From: Candidatus Krumholzibacteriales bacterium
Lineage (GTDB): Bacteria > Krumholzibacteriota > Krumholzibacteriia > Krumholzibacteriales > WJIX01
Direction of reading: 5' to 3'
NCBI GenBank assembly: GCA_046483305.1
Contig: JAWODM010000072.1
Location: 23,104 to 87,103, forward strand
DNA: 64,000 bases
Shown piece by piece: positions 18,810 to 28,858 of this stretch. Within the stretch, counting starts at the first letter, position 1. Every line of letters starts with the position of its first letter. The position numbers and the translations under genes are program-made. A model generated the notes under the pieces. It was given only the letters and a program-made list of their open reading frames with translations. It had not been told where the DNA came from and made no database searches.

Positions 18810-20237
18810 CTACCGCTCCGAACCTTCAAAGCCGGGCAGCAGCTCACTGAAAACCTTCATCAGTTTTTCTTTCCGGTCCCGGTATGCCAGTTTTAACATC
18901 CTCTCCAGGTCATCCTCCGTTATTTCCGGGAGCTCTGACGAGGATTCCGCAATCATGATTTTATCTTCACCCGAAGGGACCAGCCTTTCATCCTCGCCGA
19001 CAAGCTGCTCGTGGGTCTTTTCTCCCTCACGAAGTCCCGTTATTTTTATGGGGATTTCCTTTTCGGGCTCGTGCCCGGAAAGAATTATTATATCCCTGGC
19101 CATATCATGAATGTTCAACGCTTCTCCCATGTCCAGGATAAAGATCTCCCCTCCCTTGCCGATCGCTGAAGCCTTCAGCACCAGCAGAGCCGCTTCCTTC
19201 ACTGTCATGAAATACCTGGTCGCATCAGGGTCGCTGACCGTGACCGGGCCGCCTCTCTTTATCTGGCTGATAAACAGGGGCACCACGCTTCCCGCGCTTC
19301 CGATTACATTTCCAAAACGAACCGATATGAATCTGCACCCGCTTGCCGAATTGCTCAGAGACAGAAATCTTTCCATAATCCACTTGGTAGCGCCCATAAT
19401 CCCCCCGGGGTTGGCCGCCTTATCGGTGGAAATAAAAACAAAATTATGCGTTCCGGCCCTGCCGCAGGCCCGCATCAGATTCAGAGTTGCCCCTATATTA
19501 TTTATTACAGCTTCCGCGGGGTCTCTTTCCATGTAATGAACATGCTTATGGGCCGCCGTATGGTAAACTATATCGGGGGCCAGTCTTTCTATCATATTCT
19601 CCGTCCTCCCCCTGTCCCTGAGGTTGTTGATTACGGTGGAGATATTCACCTCTACCGGCCCCGACTTCAGCTCTTCCTCTATACTGAATATTCTGTTCTC
19701 ACCCCTTCCCAGGAGTATAAGTTCGGAAGGTTTGGAGCGCGCTATATATCTGCACAGCTGCCTTCCGATAGTTCCTCCGGCGCCGGTAACCAGCACCCGC
19801 TTCCCGGAAATAGTGCTTCTCATGAGTTCGATGTCAAAATCGACAGTCTCCCTTCCAAGCAGATCCTCGATTCTGACCTCGCGTATCTGATTTATGCTGA
19901 CATCGCCCTTAATTATGCCCATTATGCCGGGAACAATCTTGTACGGAACACCGGCACTGTTACAGCGGTGTATCATTTTCCGCACGAAAGCCCCCCCCGC
20001 GGTGGGAATGGCGATTATTATCTCATCTATCCTCTTCTCTTCCACCCATTTCTCCAGAGAATCGGTTTTGCCCAGTACCGGCACCGAGTCGACCCGCCGG
20101 CCTATCAGGTCATCGTTATCATCCAGCAGCCCCACTACTCTCATTCTGACCTGCTCGTTACCGGCGGTCTCGGACAGTATCATTCTGGCAGCCTCACCGG
20201 CTCCGACTATCAGAACCCTTTTCTTCTCCCTATTCAC
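18810..20237 (-). CDS. UDP-GlcNAc 4,6-dehydratase, PglF/CapD/WbpM family, lacking the N-terminal TM region
   Basis: IVGAGEA CoA-binding-like domain, EDLLGR, TGAGGTIG, AAHKHV, STDKA...MGATK (MxxxK), RFGNVIGS, TRYFMT and GEKTHE motifs. Confidence 0.9.
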   Translation of the reverse strand: MNREKKRVLIVGAGEAARMILSETAGNEQVRMRVVGLLDDNDDLIGRRVDSVPVLGKTDSLEKWVEEKRIDEIIIAIPTAGGAFVRKMIHRCNSAGVPYKIVPGIMGIIKGDVSINQIREVRIEDLLGRETVDFDIELMRSTISGKRVLVTGAGGTIGRQLCRYIARSKPSELILLGRGENRIFSIEEELKSGPVEVNISTVINNLRDRGRTENMIERLAPDIVYHTAAHKHVHYMERDPAEAVINNIGATLNLMRACGRAGTHNFVFISTDKAANPGGIMGATKWIMERFLSLSNSASGCRFISVRFGNVIGSAGSVVPLFISQIKRGGPVTVSDPDATRYFMTVKEAALLVLKASAIGKGGEIFILDMGEALNIHDMARDIIILSGHEPEKEIPIKITGLREGEKTHEQLVGEDERLVPSGEDKIMIAESSSELPEITEDDLERMLKLAYRDRKEKLMKVFSELLPGFEGSER

Positions 20238-22591
20238 CTTATGACCGCTACCTTTCTAATCTCATAACCTTTATCATTGCCTATCCTGATTAAATACACT
20301 CCCGATTCCGCCCGGAAACCGTTCATGGTGAGAAGGTCCCAGATCTGGCCTCCATCCGAGATATTTTCCTGACGATGAACCAGTTCCCCTTCGATATTGA
20401 ATATCTCAATATCGACCATACCCGCTATTCTGGAGATATAAACGCCCGAATCGCCTTCCCCGGGAACAACCGGGTTGGGATATATTATCGCCTCGGTTAG
20501 AGAGGCCCCGGTGAACAGAGCTATCTCGGCCTCTATACCCATCAGGCCGTTCCTGGTCCCCACCCATACACGGTCGGCCGATTCATCATAACAGATAGAA
20601 TTGCATACCGCCGAAACCAGCGGGCTTATTATTGAATAGGGATACAACCCTGAAAGAGAGCTGGCCCACCGGTCATATGAGGTGTAAGCAGCTATCACAT
20701 CCCCATCCGGTCCTATCACGTTCAGGCCGTTATCGCTGGCGACCCATACTTTTCCGTAACGGTCCATTGCTATATCGTTCACATTATTGTTCAGAATCCT
20801 TCTTTCCTTTTCCAGCTCCCCGGTCGAATACCTGCTCAGCTCCCCCCCGGAGTCTCTCTTGATCAGGCCCGCGGAAGTGGCAATCCATAAATTGCCGTTT
20901 CGTTCCTCCACCGCAGTCAGATCGGTGGTGGGAAGAGCCGAGCCGGGCACCAGAGGATACCAGGCATCCCCGCCTCCGCTGAGGTCGCTCCAGCCGAACC
21001 CTCCTGTCTCCCAGACCACTATTCCATAATTCCTGACGGCCAGGTAGGCCCGTTCAGAGCTGAAAGCGCAATCGATGATATTACCTGATGGGAGATCGCC
21101 GGATGTGTTGTCAGGATTCAGATGGATCCACTCTTCCCCGGTGCTGCTGACGATGTCAATGCCCCAGCCTCCCTCATCCGGGTAAAGGTCATCAGACAGA
21201 AACCAGATATTCCCTCCCGGGTCCTCCACGGCATTCTGATGCCTTATTGAAATTCCGTGTTCACTCCTGGAATAATGGGCCCACTGATCATCAGAAGCGG
21301 AAGTCCTGTCCCCAAGCTCTATCATGTCCAGGGGAAACTCCGAGCCAAGGACGGGGTCCCCGAAGGCATGGCACCAGAATCGGTCCTGCGAATCGCACAC
21401 AATCGCCAGATTGGTATGAATCGATGACAGCCCTTCTCCGCTCCCTTCATCGAGAGAGGTATAGGCAAAGTGCCCCTCCAGCCCGGAATAGTAGCTGATT
21501 CCGTTGGTAACCGGGCTCATCCAGACCCCTCCGGCGGGGTCAGCGGCAACTCTGAGTATATTGTTATAGGTGATCTGTTCCGGCCTCTTGTTTACCCATT
21601 GGCTGTCGGACCAGTCATAAACGTAGAGATTCACCCCTCTGCCATCATCCGGTTTAACCGCGCCTATCCAGGGATTCCCCTGCCGGTCCATTTCCAGCGC
21701 TCTGAGCTCAAAATCCCATCCGCTCCTGTAAGCGGCGGTAAAAACAGATTTCATGTTCCACCTGTCCACCGCCCTCCACCATGAACCGGTCCACTGGTAA
21801 AGCGCGAAATCGGTAATACAGTACAAATCGCTGCCGTCCGAATTCAGTTTGACGAATGAGCTGGTGTAGATATCTCCGTCAACATCGGTTATCCCGGAAA
21901 GGAAAGACCAGTCATCACCGTCAAAACGGTAAATGCTATCCGGGGAGGCGCAGTATACGGATTGATCGTGCAGGCACGCGGAGATAACAGGATCGTCAAA
22001 ATCGTAGTGGTCGTAATGGAGTGTAAGCCTGTTGAACCTGGTAATACCGGCGCTGCTCGCTATCCATAGAACCGAATCGCTGGGAGCCGCTATATCATAG
22101 ACCTGCTCATTCTCCAGAAAATCTGATATTATGGCCTCTCTGCTGGGCAGCTCCTGAAAAAACTTTCCAATTCCCTTTTCGGATCCGTAGTAAATTTCGC
22201 CTCCAACAGCCTGAAGAGCCAGGATATTGTTATCTATCAGCCCGGTCTCCACAGAATACCAGTTCAGTTCCGGATCTGTGAAGGGATTATCGATTCTCAC
22301 GATACCATGGGATTCGAAACCAGCCCAGATACTGCCGTCCCGGCCGAATGTAAGATAATCGACATGGGTGGATCTGAATTGGAGTTCCGGCCCGTAATGG
22401 CTGAAAACCGAATCGGCAAGACTGTAAGTCAGTATTCCCCCGTCGGTGCAGCACCACATTGTGTCGCCCCTCAGGTAAATGTTATTAACCGCATTATGGC
22501 AGAACTGCTGATCCCACCTCTGAGCTTCCGCGGAGGTGCCCATAGAGAAAGCGGCTATTATAACCAGGAATATAAATATTTTCTTCATCAT
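20234..22591 (-). CDS. PorZ-like secreted beta-propeller protein with a T9SS-type C-terminal domain
   Basis: Sec signal peptide; many propeller blades (DGSIWAG, GNPWIG, GNLWIATSAGL, GKVWVASDNGL, RVWVGTRNGL); C-terminus IYPNP...IFNIEGELV...GGQIWD...NG...SGVYLI...KVAVIR. Confidence 0.75.
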   Translation of the reverse strand: MMKKIFIFLVIIAAFSMGTSAEAQRWDQQFCHNAVNNIYLRGDTMWCCTDGGILTYSLADSVFSHYGPELQFRSTHVDYLTFGRDGSIWAGFESHGIVRIDNPFTDPELNWYSVETGLIDNNILALQAVGGEIYYGSEKGIGKFFQELPSREAIISDFLENEQVYDIAAPSDSVLWIASSAGITRFNRLTLHYDHYDFDDPVISACLHDQSVYCASPDSIYRFDGDDWSFLSGITDVDGDIYTSSFVKLNSDGSDLYCITDFALYQWTGSWWRAVDRWNMKSVFTAAYRSGWDFELRALEMDRQGNPWIGAVKPDDGRGVNLYVYDWSDSQWVNKRPEQITYNNILRVAADPAGGVWMSPVTNGISYYSGLEGHFAYTSLDEGSGEGLSSIHTNLAIVCDSQDRFWCHAFGDPVLGSEFPLDMIELGDRTSASDDQWAHYSRSEHGISIRHQNAVEDPGGNIWFLSDDLYPDEGGWGIDIVSSTGEEWIHLNPDNTSGDLPSGNIIDCAFSSERAYLAVRNYGIVVWETGGFGWSDLSGGGDAWYPLVPGSALPTTDLTAVEERNGNLWIATSAGLIKRDSGGELSRYSTGELEKERRILNNNVNDIAMDRYGKVWVASDNGLNVIGPDGDVIAAYTSYDRWASSLSGLYPYSIISPLVSAVCNSICYDESADRVWVGTRNGLMGIEAEIALFTGASLTEAIIYPNPVVPGEGDSGVYISRIAGMVDIEIFNIEGELVHRQENISDGGQIWDLLTMNGFRAESGVYLIRIGNDKGYEIRKVAVIR

Positions 22592-24651
22592 TTTGTTTCC
22601 TCTTTGTAGAACCAGCCGGGATAAGCACCGGACAGCAAACGTGGCAAGGACCTGAATAATATGACTATGTAACCGGATACCGTAGTTCTCCTCATCTCTA
22701 CCGCCTCATCCATCAGAGCGGCCATGTTGAAAGGACGGGAAGCCAGCCGCCACCGGCCGGAAATCCCGCTCCCTGTCCCTATCGAGGAACTCTCGGGCCT
22801 GCGGAGCATAAGAGGCGAACCTATCAGACGGTAACGCCCTGTAAGGACCCCCGTAAACAGAGAGGGTTTGAACAGATCGCTGCCCTCCCTGCCTGAAGCG
22901 AACCTTACCCTGGGCCACCATAACTCCTGTCCCTTCAAACTGTATCTTTTTTCGCGGTAAATATCAACCCTGCCACCGGCGGCCCATCCGAAAACCTTCA
23001 GGGCCAGATAACAGATAAGGGAAACCGGTAGAATAATCAATGCCAGAAATATCTCAATCATCCTTATAATAAACAGCCTCAATCTTATTAATACTCCCTG
23101 TTCAGCTGAAAGAAGATAGGTATGGCCCATTCTGCTAACCCGGACATTTGTTCCCAGAAACTGCCCTATCGAAGAAACCATACTTACCTTGACAGCCCTG
23201 CCCCAGGCCTCTTCCATCACTGAGCGGACTACCTTTCTGGTCTGGTAGGAAGGGAATATGAATATTTCCTGAACCATGAATCGGTCTAGAATACCGCTTA
23301 TATCGGCGACCCTCCCCAGTGAAGAACTGCTGCCGTTTACACATCCCGCGATATCTATTCCCAGGCCGGGGCAGGATGCGGCATTATCGGCAAATCTATC
23401 GATTTCTCCGGCGCTGCCGGCCAGAAGAACGCGTTTATGGTCGAAACCGGCCCTGACGAAAATCCTGTGGACCGCTCTTATGATCCTTCGGAGAATAAAG
23501 ACCGCGAACACCGCGAACCCGGCCTGCCCGATTATTACGGCCCTGGAGTACATCCTTATACGGGAAAGATAAGTGGAAGCCATCAGCACGACCAGTCCCG
23601 CAAGAACCACTTTTACTATCCGGCCGAACTCCTCCGGCCCGGTGGTTTCCCGGTGTACTCTGTACATACCGCCGAAAAGTAATGAAAGGAAGAATATCAT
23701 GTTATAGAAAATTATGAAGTACTTATACCATGAGAGCGGGTAGAGGCTGTTAACGAAAAGAGGATCGGCGGCCAGGCGGATATAATATGCCAGAAAGAAA
23801 GATCCGTTAATTGCCACGAAATCCGACAGGATAAAAACAACCGACTTGAATATCGATCTATGCCTCTTGAAGAAATAAAAGAGCCGGTTCCATTTCTCAT
23901 AATATCGCAGCAGGCTGACCAGGTGTATGATAAGAGACCTGTTGATCAGCGAGCCTGCGCTGGCTCTCTCGTAGTAATGGGTCATCACCGAATCGGGAAC
24001 ATAAAATACCTTCCAGCCGTTCTGCTTCATTCTGTAGCACCAGTCGACATCCTCAAAATAGAGGAAGAACCTCTCATCCATCATCCCGGTGTTCTCTACG
24101 GCCGATCTCCTTACCATCATACAGGCGCCTATAATCCAGTCCACCTCCCTTACAGTCTGGTGGTCGTAATCGGCAAGCAGGTGTTCTCTCAGTGATTTTG
24201 CCCGGGGGAACAGTCTGCCCAGGAAAGTTCTCTTGAGAATCAGAGCGCGGATGGTATAGAAAGACCTGCAGGAGTACTGCAGGGAACCGTCCAGATTGAG
24301 GAGCCTGGAACCCGATATCCCCGCCTCCGGATGTTCTTCCATAAAATCTATAAGCGTATCTATGGAACCTTCTCTGACAATAATGTCCGGATTGAGAATC
24401 AGTATCATCTCTCCTCCGGAGGCTGACATACCCTGGTTAATCCCTCTTGAATATCCCTTATTCAGATCATTGGCAAGCAGTTTTACCCGGGGGAAATTAT
24501 CCTCAACGAGTTTTACCGTCCCGTCGGTGCTGGCATTGTCAACCACAATGGTTTCGAAACTCCGGGCCGGTTCATGCCGCTGAAGACTGGACAGACACTT
24601 TCCTATGACCTCTTCGCTGTTATGGGTAACTATTATGATAGAAAGATACAT
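22588..24651 (-). CDS. Fusion of a GT2 (WbbL-like) domain and a WbaP/WcaJ-like module with a degenerate phosphoglycosyltransferase domain
   Basis: N-terminal VVDNASTD, LNPD, GACMMVRR and DERFFLYFEDVDWC motifs; then 4 TM, a Rossmann-like VLLAG domain and a degenerate Bac_transf-like region. Confidence 0.8.
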   Translation of the reverse strand: MYLSIIIVTHNSEEVIGKCLSSLQRHEPARSFETIVVDNASTDGTVKLVEDNFPRVKLLANDLNKGYSRGINQGMSASGGEMILILNPDIIVREGSIDTLIDFMEEHPEAGISGSRLLNLDGSLQYSCRSFYTIRALILKRTFLGRLFPRAKSLREHLLADYDHQTVREVDWIIGACMMVRRSAVENTGMMDERFFLYFEDVDWCYRMKQNGWKVFYVPDSVMTHYYERASAGSLINRSLIIHLVSLLRYYEKWNRLFYFFKRHRSIFKSVVFILSDFVAINGSFFLAYYIRLAADPLFVNSLYPLSWYKYFIIFYNMIFFLSLLFGGMYRVHRETTGPEEFGRIVKVVLAGLVVLMASTYLSRIRMYSRAVIIGQAGFAVFAVFILRRIIRAVHRIFVRAGFDHKRVLLAGSAGEIDRFADNAASCPGLGIDIAGCVNGSSSSLGRVADISGILDRFMVQEIFIFPSYQTRKVVRSVMEEAWGRAVKVSMVSSIGQFLGTNVRVSRMGHTYLLSAEQGVLIRLRLFIIRMIEIFLALIILPVSLICYLALKVFGWAAGGRVDIYREKRYSLKGQELWWPRVRFASGREGSDLFKPSLFTGVLTGRYRLIGSPLMLRRPESSSIGTGSGISGRWRLASRPFNMAALMDEAVEMRRTTVSGYIVILFRSLPRLLSGAYPGWFYKEETK

Positions 24652-24670
24652 AAGATTGCTTTTCCTGCTT

Positions 24671-25399
24671 TCAGGATTTATCCGGCTTCATGCCGAACAG
24701 ACTCATAATCCTCAGGCGCCATACCATGAATATCGCTTCCCAGATAATCTTCTTCGACATCTTGGAAACTCCTACCCTACGGTCAGTAAAAATTATGGGG
24801 ATCTCCCTGATCCGGAATCCCATCTTCCAGCACCAGAAATTCATCTCGATCTGGAATGAGTAACCGTCGCTGCGTATCCGGTCCAGCGGAAGCCTGCTGA
24901 GGACCTCCCTCCTGAAACATTTGAATCCCCCGGTGGAATCAGACAGAGGCATCCCGGTTATTATTCTGGTATACAGGTTGGCGCCGTAGCTCAGAATCAG
25001 GCGCTTGAGAGGCCAGTTTATAACGGTAATCCCGTTAAGGTAGCGGGAACCAATTACCAGGTCGTTATCCTTTATCTCTTCCAGGAAACGGGCGATATCA
25101 GCCGGGTCGTGAGAGAAATCGGCGTCCATTTCAAAGACGCAGCCGGCATCCGTATTGGCCAGGCACCATTTGAAACCTTCGATATAGGCTGAACCAAGCC
25201 CCATCTTCTTTTCGCGGTGCAGCACATTTACCCTTTCATTGCCGGCCGCCATCGTATCAGCTATCTCGCCGGTACCGTCCGGAGAATTGTCGTCCACCAC
25301 CAGCACACCCACAACCGGAGAAACGCTCAGAACATCGGAAACAATCTTCTCCAGGTTTTCTTTCTCATTGTATGTTGGGATTATTACAACCGCCTCCAA
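24671..25399 (-). CDS. Polyprenol monophosphomannose synthase (DPM1/Ppm1-like GT2)
   Basis: IPTYNEKEN, DDNSPDGT, GLGSAYIEGF, EMDADFSH, GSRY, DSTGGFKCFRR, GYSFQIE and DRRVGVSKM motifs; TTG start. Confidence 0.88.
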   Translation of the reverse strand: MEAVVIIPTYNEKENLEKIVSDVLSVSPVVGVLVVDDNSPDGTGEIADTMAAGNERVNVLHREKKMGLGSAYIEGFKWCLANTDAGCVFEMDADFSHDPADIARFLEEIKDNDLVIGSRYLNGITVINWPLKRLILSYGANLYTRIITGMPLSDSTGGFKCFRREVLSRLPLDRIRSDGYSFQIEMNFWCWKMGFRIREIPIIFTDRRVGVSKMSKKIIWEAIFMVWRLRIMSLFGMKPDKS

Positions 25400-25400
25400 T

Positions 25401-27854
25401 TTAACTGTTCCTCCTTCTATGGATGAGCCATCCAGATGCTGAAATTATAATTGATAATACAAAAGCTGTGATTGAAGTGGCAAGCGACCCCTTGAGAACC
25501 CCCGAGTCGTAACGGAAAACCACTTCATGCTCGCCGCCGGAGGGCAGCGCCACCGCTCTCAGGCAGTAATTTGCTTCAAGAATATCCGCTTCGGTTCCGT
25601 TTACCTCCGCTTTCCATTCAGGGTAGTAAATCTCACTGGTAACCATGATGCACGGGGCATCCGTGCGGGCCCGGATTTTAATTGAATTCAGTCCGTAATC
25701 AACTATCTCGGCGCTGCTTCCGGCCGAAGAAGGATTTTCGAGTTCAACTTCCTCTTCTACCAGAACCTCACCGGAAGGATCGAATTCTGATGAGACCAGC
25801 CGGTTAAGCATCCTTTCTCTGCTGATAATCTCCTGGCGGTCCACGAAGAATACCCTGGGAAGGAAATCGCTGTTGAGATATATTGATTTCTCTCCCTGCT
25901 GCCAGACCAGCGGGTATCTGCTGTTACCCTCCCTGAACAGGGGAAACTCGGAAACTATGTATTTTATGTTGAGCATATTGAGTATATTCACCGGTATACT
26001 CTGGCTTTGGAAGGTTGCGAACATTCTATCCATCAGGTTCTGATAATTCTGCAGCTTGGCGGCATGGTAACCGCCGGCGGAGAATATTTCATGAATCATA
26101 AATTTATTCTGATTAAAAGGGTAGGCGTTATGAGACCAACGGTTCAGGCTGACCGCCGGAGCGGGAAAGATACGGAATATTGAGTTATCCCGGCTTAGAA
26201 ACCGGATGGCCGCATCAGGTTCCCTGAATTCATCCTCACCCCTCTTCTCTCTCACAATCCTGTAGCTTTCGGACTTCCAGGTATTCTCCGGATGAATAAT
26301 CGAACGGGAAACGGTCAGCATATCGATAAAAACCAGAAGTGCCAGAACAAGCAACATATGCCCCCTGGATATCTTTCCCATGGAAAATATCATAATGAGC
26401 ATAGCGGTGAGGGTGAAGAAAACAGCCGTTTTGATCAGATCCCTGGTAAAGAGGCCGGCAGCCAGATCACGCACCGCCGGGGCTGCATTCAGGGCTGTCT
26501 GAACCCTTGAACTTATCATTCCGCTTCCGGCAATAGCGAGCAGAAACAGCGCCGCGGCGCAGATAACCCCTATTCTGACAGCTTTTACGGCTCCCGGTTT
26601 ATTCAGTTCTCCCCGGCGGTGAAGCTCGATAATCTTCTGAATGCCGATCCCCATCAACAGGACTACCGAAAGCTGCTGCACTATCAACACCATTACCGGA
26701 ACCCTGAATTTGTTGAAATACGGGAAATAACTGAACATCAAATCATAGAGGGGTGAATGCTTCCCGAAACTCAGCAGAGTTGCCAGCAGGGCCGCGGTAA
26801 GAAGGAACCACTTGGTTCTGGACCTCACTTTGAATAAAGCGATAAAAGAAAAGATAACGGCCGCCACGCCGAGGTAGTTGGGATAATCGGTAAACGGCAT
26901 TCCTCCCCAGTAAGTCGCCTTCCCGAATCCGAAGGCCCAGGGGAATATGAATGTCAGAATTTCCCTGGGATGAAGGCTCCATCCGGTTGCATAACCGTAG
27001 TCCAGGCCGCCTCCGCCGCCCCCTCCCCTGATGGAGTACTGCGCGTAGTTCCTGACCGGCCCGATGAGTACCATCGCTATACCTACCGCCAGCAGAAAAG
27101 CCATCGCCAGGAAACCTGTCCGAATCAGGAACTCCCTGGTATTGCGCTCTCTCAGAAGAGAGGCCGATTCAAAGATAAACAGAAGCCCAATCAGGAGGTA
27201 GGTATAGTATGATATCTGCACGTGCCCCCTGAGCATCTGGATACCGAGGGTCAGAGAGAGGAGCCCGGCCATCATCAATTTGCGCCGGCCCCGCAGAAGT
27301 TCCCGGGAAAACAGCAGCCCGTAAGGCATGAAAGCAACCGCACAGGCCTGAGAACCGTGCCCGTTGGCCCCCATGGCCAGGTAGTTGGGGAGCATTATAA
27401 AGAGGATTCCGCAGATCAGAGACACAGCCGGGGAGATTTTCATGGACCGGGAAAGAAAGTAGACTCCGATGCCCGCGATAAAATAATGTATCAGCAGCCA
27501 CCCCATCTCGGGGAGAAACAGATACTTATGAAGGAATTCTATTATCCATGACGGGGGGTATACTCTGGGAGTGAACATCATACTGGAGTAGCTGGGCATT
27601 CCGCAGAAGATGTAAGGGTTCCAGAGAGGATATATACCATCCTCCCTTATCGCCTTCTTTCCCACCTCGGTAAAGCTGATCGGGGCTTTGCTGTCCGGGG
27701 TCAGGAAGATTCTGTTTCTGAGAGCAATCCCGGGCATTAAAGCTATTATTACCAGGATGATAACCGCGCAGACGGTCAATCCCTTCTTCCATGCCGAAAA
27801 ACCGCTGAATGAAGCAACCGGATCGAATTTCTGCAACTGAGAAGATTTTCTCAA
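25401..27854 (-). CDS. YfhO-family membrane glycosyltransferase (GT-C)
   Basis: PLWNPYIFCGMP, HVQISYY, FNKFRVP and GGYHAAKL motifs; C-terminal SEIYYPEWKA...ANYCLRAV...HEVVFRY; TTG start. Confidence 0.88.
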   Translation of the reverse strand: MRKSSQLQKFDPVASFSGFSAWKKGLTVCAVIILVIIALMPGIALRNRIFLTPDSKAPISFTEVGKKAIREDGIYPLWNPYIFCGMPSYSSMMFTPRVYPPSWIIEFLHKYLFLPEMGWLLIHYFIAGIGVYFLSRSMKISPAVSLICGILFIMLPNYLAMGANGHGSQACAVAFMPYGLLFSRELLRGRRKLMMAGLLSLTLGIQMLRGHVQISYYTYLLIGLLFIFESASLLRERNTREFLIRTGFLAMAFLLAVGIAMVLIGPVRNYAQYSIRGGGGGGGLDYGYATGWSLHPREILTFIFPWAFGFGKATYWGGMPFTDYPNYLGVAAVIFSFIALFKVRSRTKWFLLTAALLATLLSFGKHSPLYDLMFSYFPYFNKFRVPVMVLIVQQLSVVLLMGIGIQKIIELHRRGELNKPGAVKAVRIGVICAAALFLLAIAGSGMISSRVQTALNAAPAVRDLAAGLFTRDLIKTAVFFTLTAMLIMIFSMGKISRGHMLLVLALLVFIDMLTVSRSIIHPENTWKSESYRIVREKRGEDEFREPDAAIRFLSRDNSIFRIFPAPAVSLNRWSHNAYPFNQNKFMIHEIFSAGGYHAAKLQNYQNLMDRMFATFQSQSIPVNILNMLNIKYIVSEFPLFREGNSRYPLVWQQGEKSIYLNSDFLPRVFFVDRQEIISRERMLNRLVSSEFDPSGEVLVEEEVELENPSSAGSSAEIVDYGLNSIKIRARTDAPCIMVTSEIYYPEWKAEVNGTEADILEANYCLRAVALPSGGEHEVVFRYDSGVLKGSLATSITAFVLSIIISASGWLIHRRRNS

Positions 27855-27915
27855 CTATTTTCTCCTTTGTTTCGGACAGCCATGCCCGGCCTGCCGGGAA
27901 TCTGGTAATACTGTA

Positions 27916-27944
27916 ATTCTAACATTTTAAGCCGATTCAGTAAA
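27916..27944 (-). promoter_or_regulatory. Putative internal sigma70 promoter upstream of the YfhO gene
   Basis: TTTACT-17 bp-TAGAAT with an extended -10 TG, in a 99-bp intergenic gap. Confidence 0.55.
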
Positions 27945-27953
27945 GTTCCGGCA

Positions 27954-28847
27954 TTACCACAGATATCCCGCTTTGAATACCCTGGATATCCCCCTGGCGG
28001 CTGCCCTGACCAGATCCCATTTACCTGTAAATATAAGACTAATTATTACAATGACAAGAAGTAATGCCTGTACCGGGGCTGCCCCCATTCTCCACCACAG
28101 CGGTTTATGCCGGACGAGCAGCCTGGCGTTGCTGGCTATCCGGTTTTCGAATTTATAGGGGGTGAAACCTCCGCCGCTGCTGGAGCTGACCTTGTGCCAG
28201 ACCCTGGCGGCCGGTGCATACCAGCATTTCCACCCGGCTTCCCTGGCCCGCAGGCAGAAATCCACATCCTCACAGTACATCCGGTACGATACATCCAGAA
28301 GCCCTATATCCCGAAACACCTCTCTCTTTACCATCATGGCGCAACCGGTAACGTAACCTGTTTCACCGGGCTGGGCCTGCCGCCCGGTGTCGAGCTTCCT
28401 TATTTTCAGGTGCCTGGGTATCCCGATAAGCGGATAGAATCCGCCTCCTCCGTACCATATTCTCCCGGGGTCATCGTAATAATATATTTTCGGCCCCGCT
28501 ATACCCGCTTCAGGTTCTTCCAGTACTCCGGCCAGTTCCGTTGCAAAATCAGGGTCTACTTCGGTATCATTATTGAGAAGAAGGAAAAGTTCACCGTCCT
28601 GGTCCAGAGCTCTGCGCAACCCTATATTATTACCGCCGGCGAACAGCAGGTTCTCTTCGTTTTCTATTAATTCCACTTCGGGGAACCTCTCCCGTATAAT
28701 CGCCGGCGAACTGTCCGTCGAAGCGTTATCCACCACAGTTATTCTGCAGTTGCGGTAGTTAAGAGATCTGAGCGACTGGAGGCACTCTCCCACCACCTTT
28801 TCCCCATTCCAGTTAACTATGATTATATGAAGCTTCTTCTCCGGCAA
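27954..28847 (-). CDS. Glycosyltransferase family 2
   Basis: IIVNWN, VDNASTD, FAGGNN, LLNNDT, TGCAMM and EDVDFCLR motifs; TTG start. Confidence 0.9.
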   Translation of the reverse strand: MPEKKLHIIIVNWNGEKVVGECLQSLRSLNYRNCRITVVDNASTDSSPAIIRERFPEVELIENEENLLFAGGNNIGLRRALDQDGELFLLLNNDTEVDPDFATELAGVLEEPEAGIAGPKIYYYDDPGRIWYGGGGFYPLIGIPRHLKIRKLDTGRQAQPGETGYVTGCAMMVKREVFRDIGLLDVSYRMYCEDVDFCLRAREAGWKCWYAPAARVWHKVSSSSGGGFTPYKFENRIASNARLLVRHKPLWWRMGAAPVQALLLVIVIISLIFTGKWDLVRAAARGISRVFKAGYLW

Positions 28848-28858
28848 TCGTCACTCCC

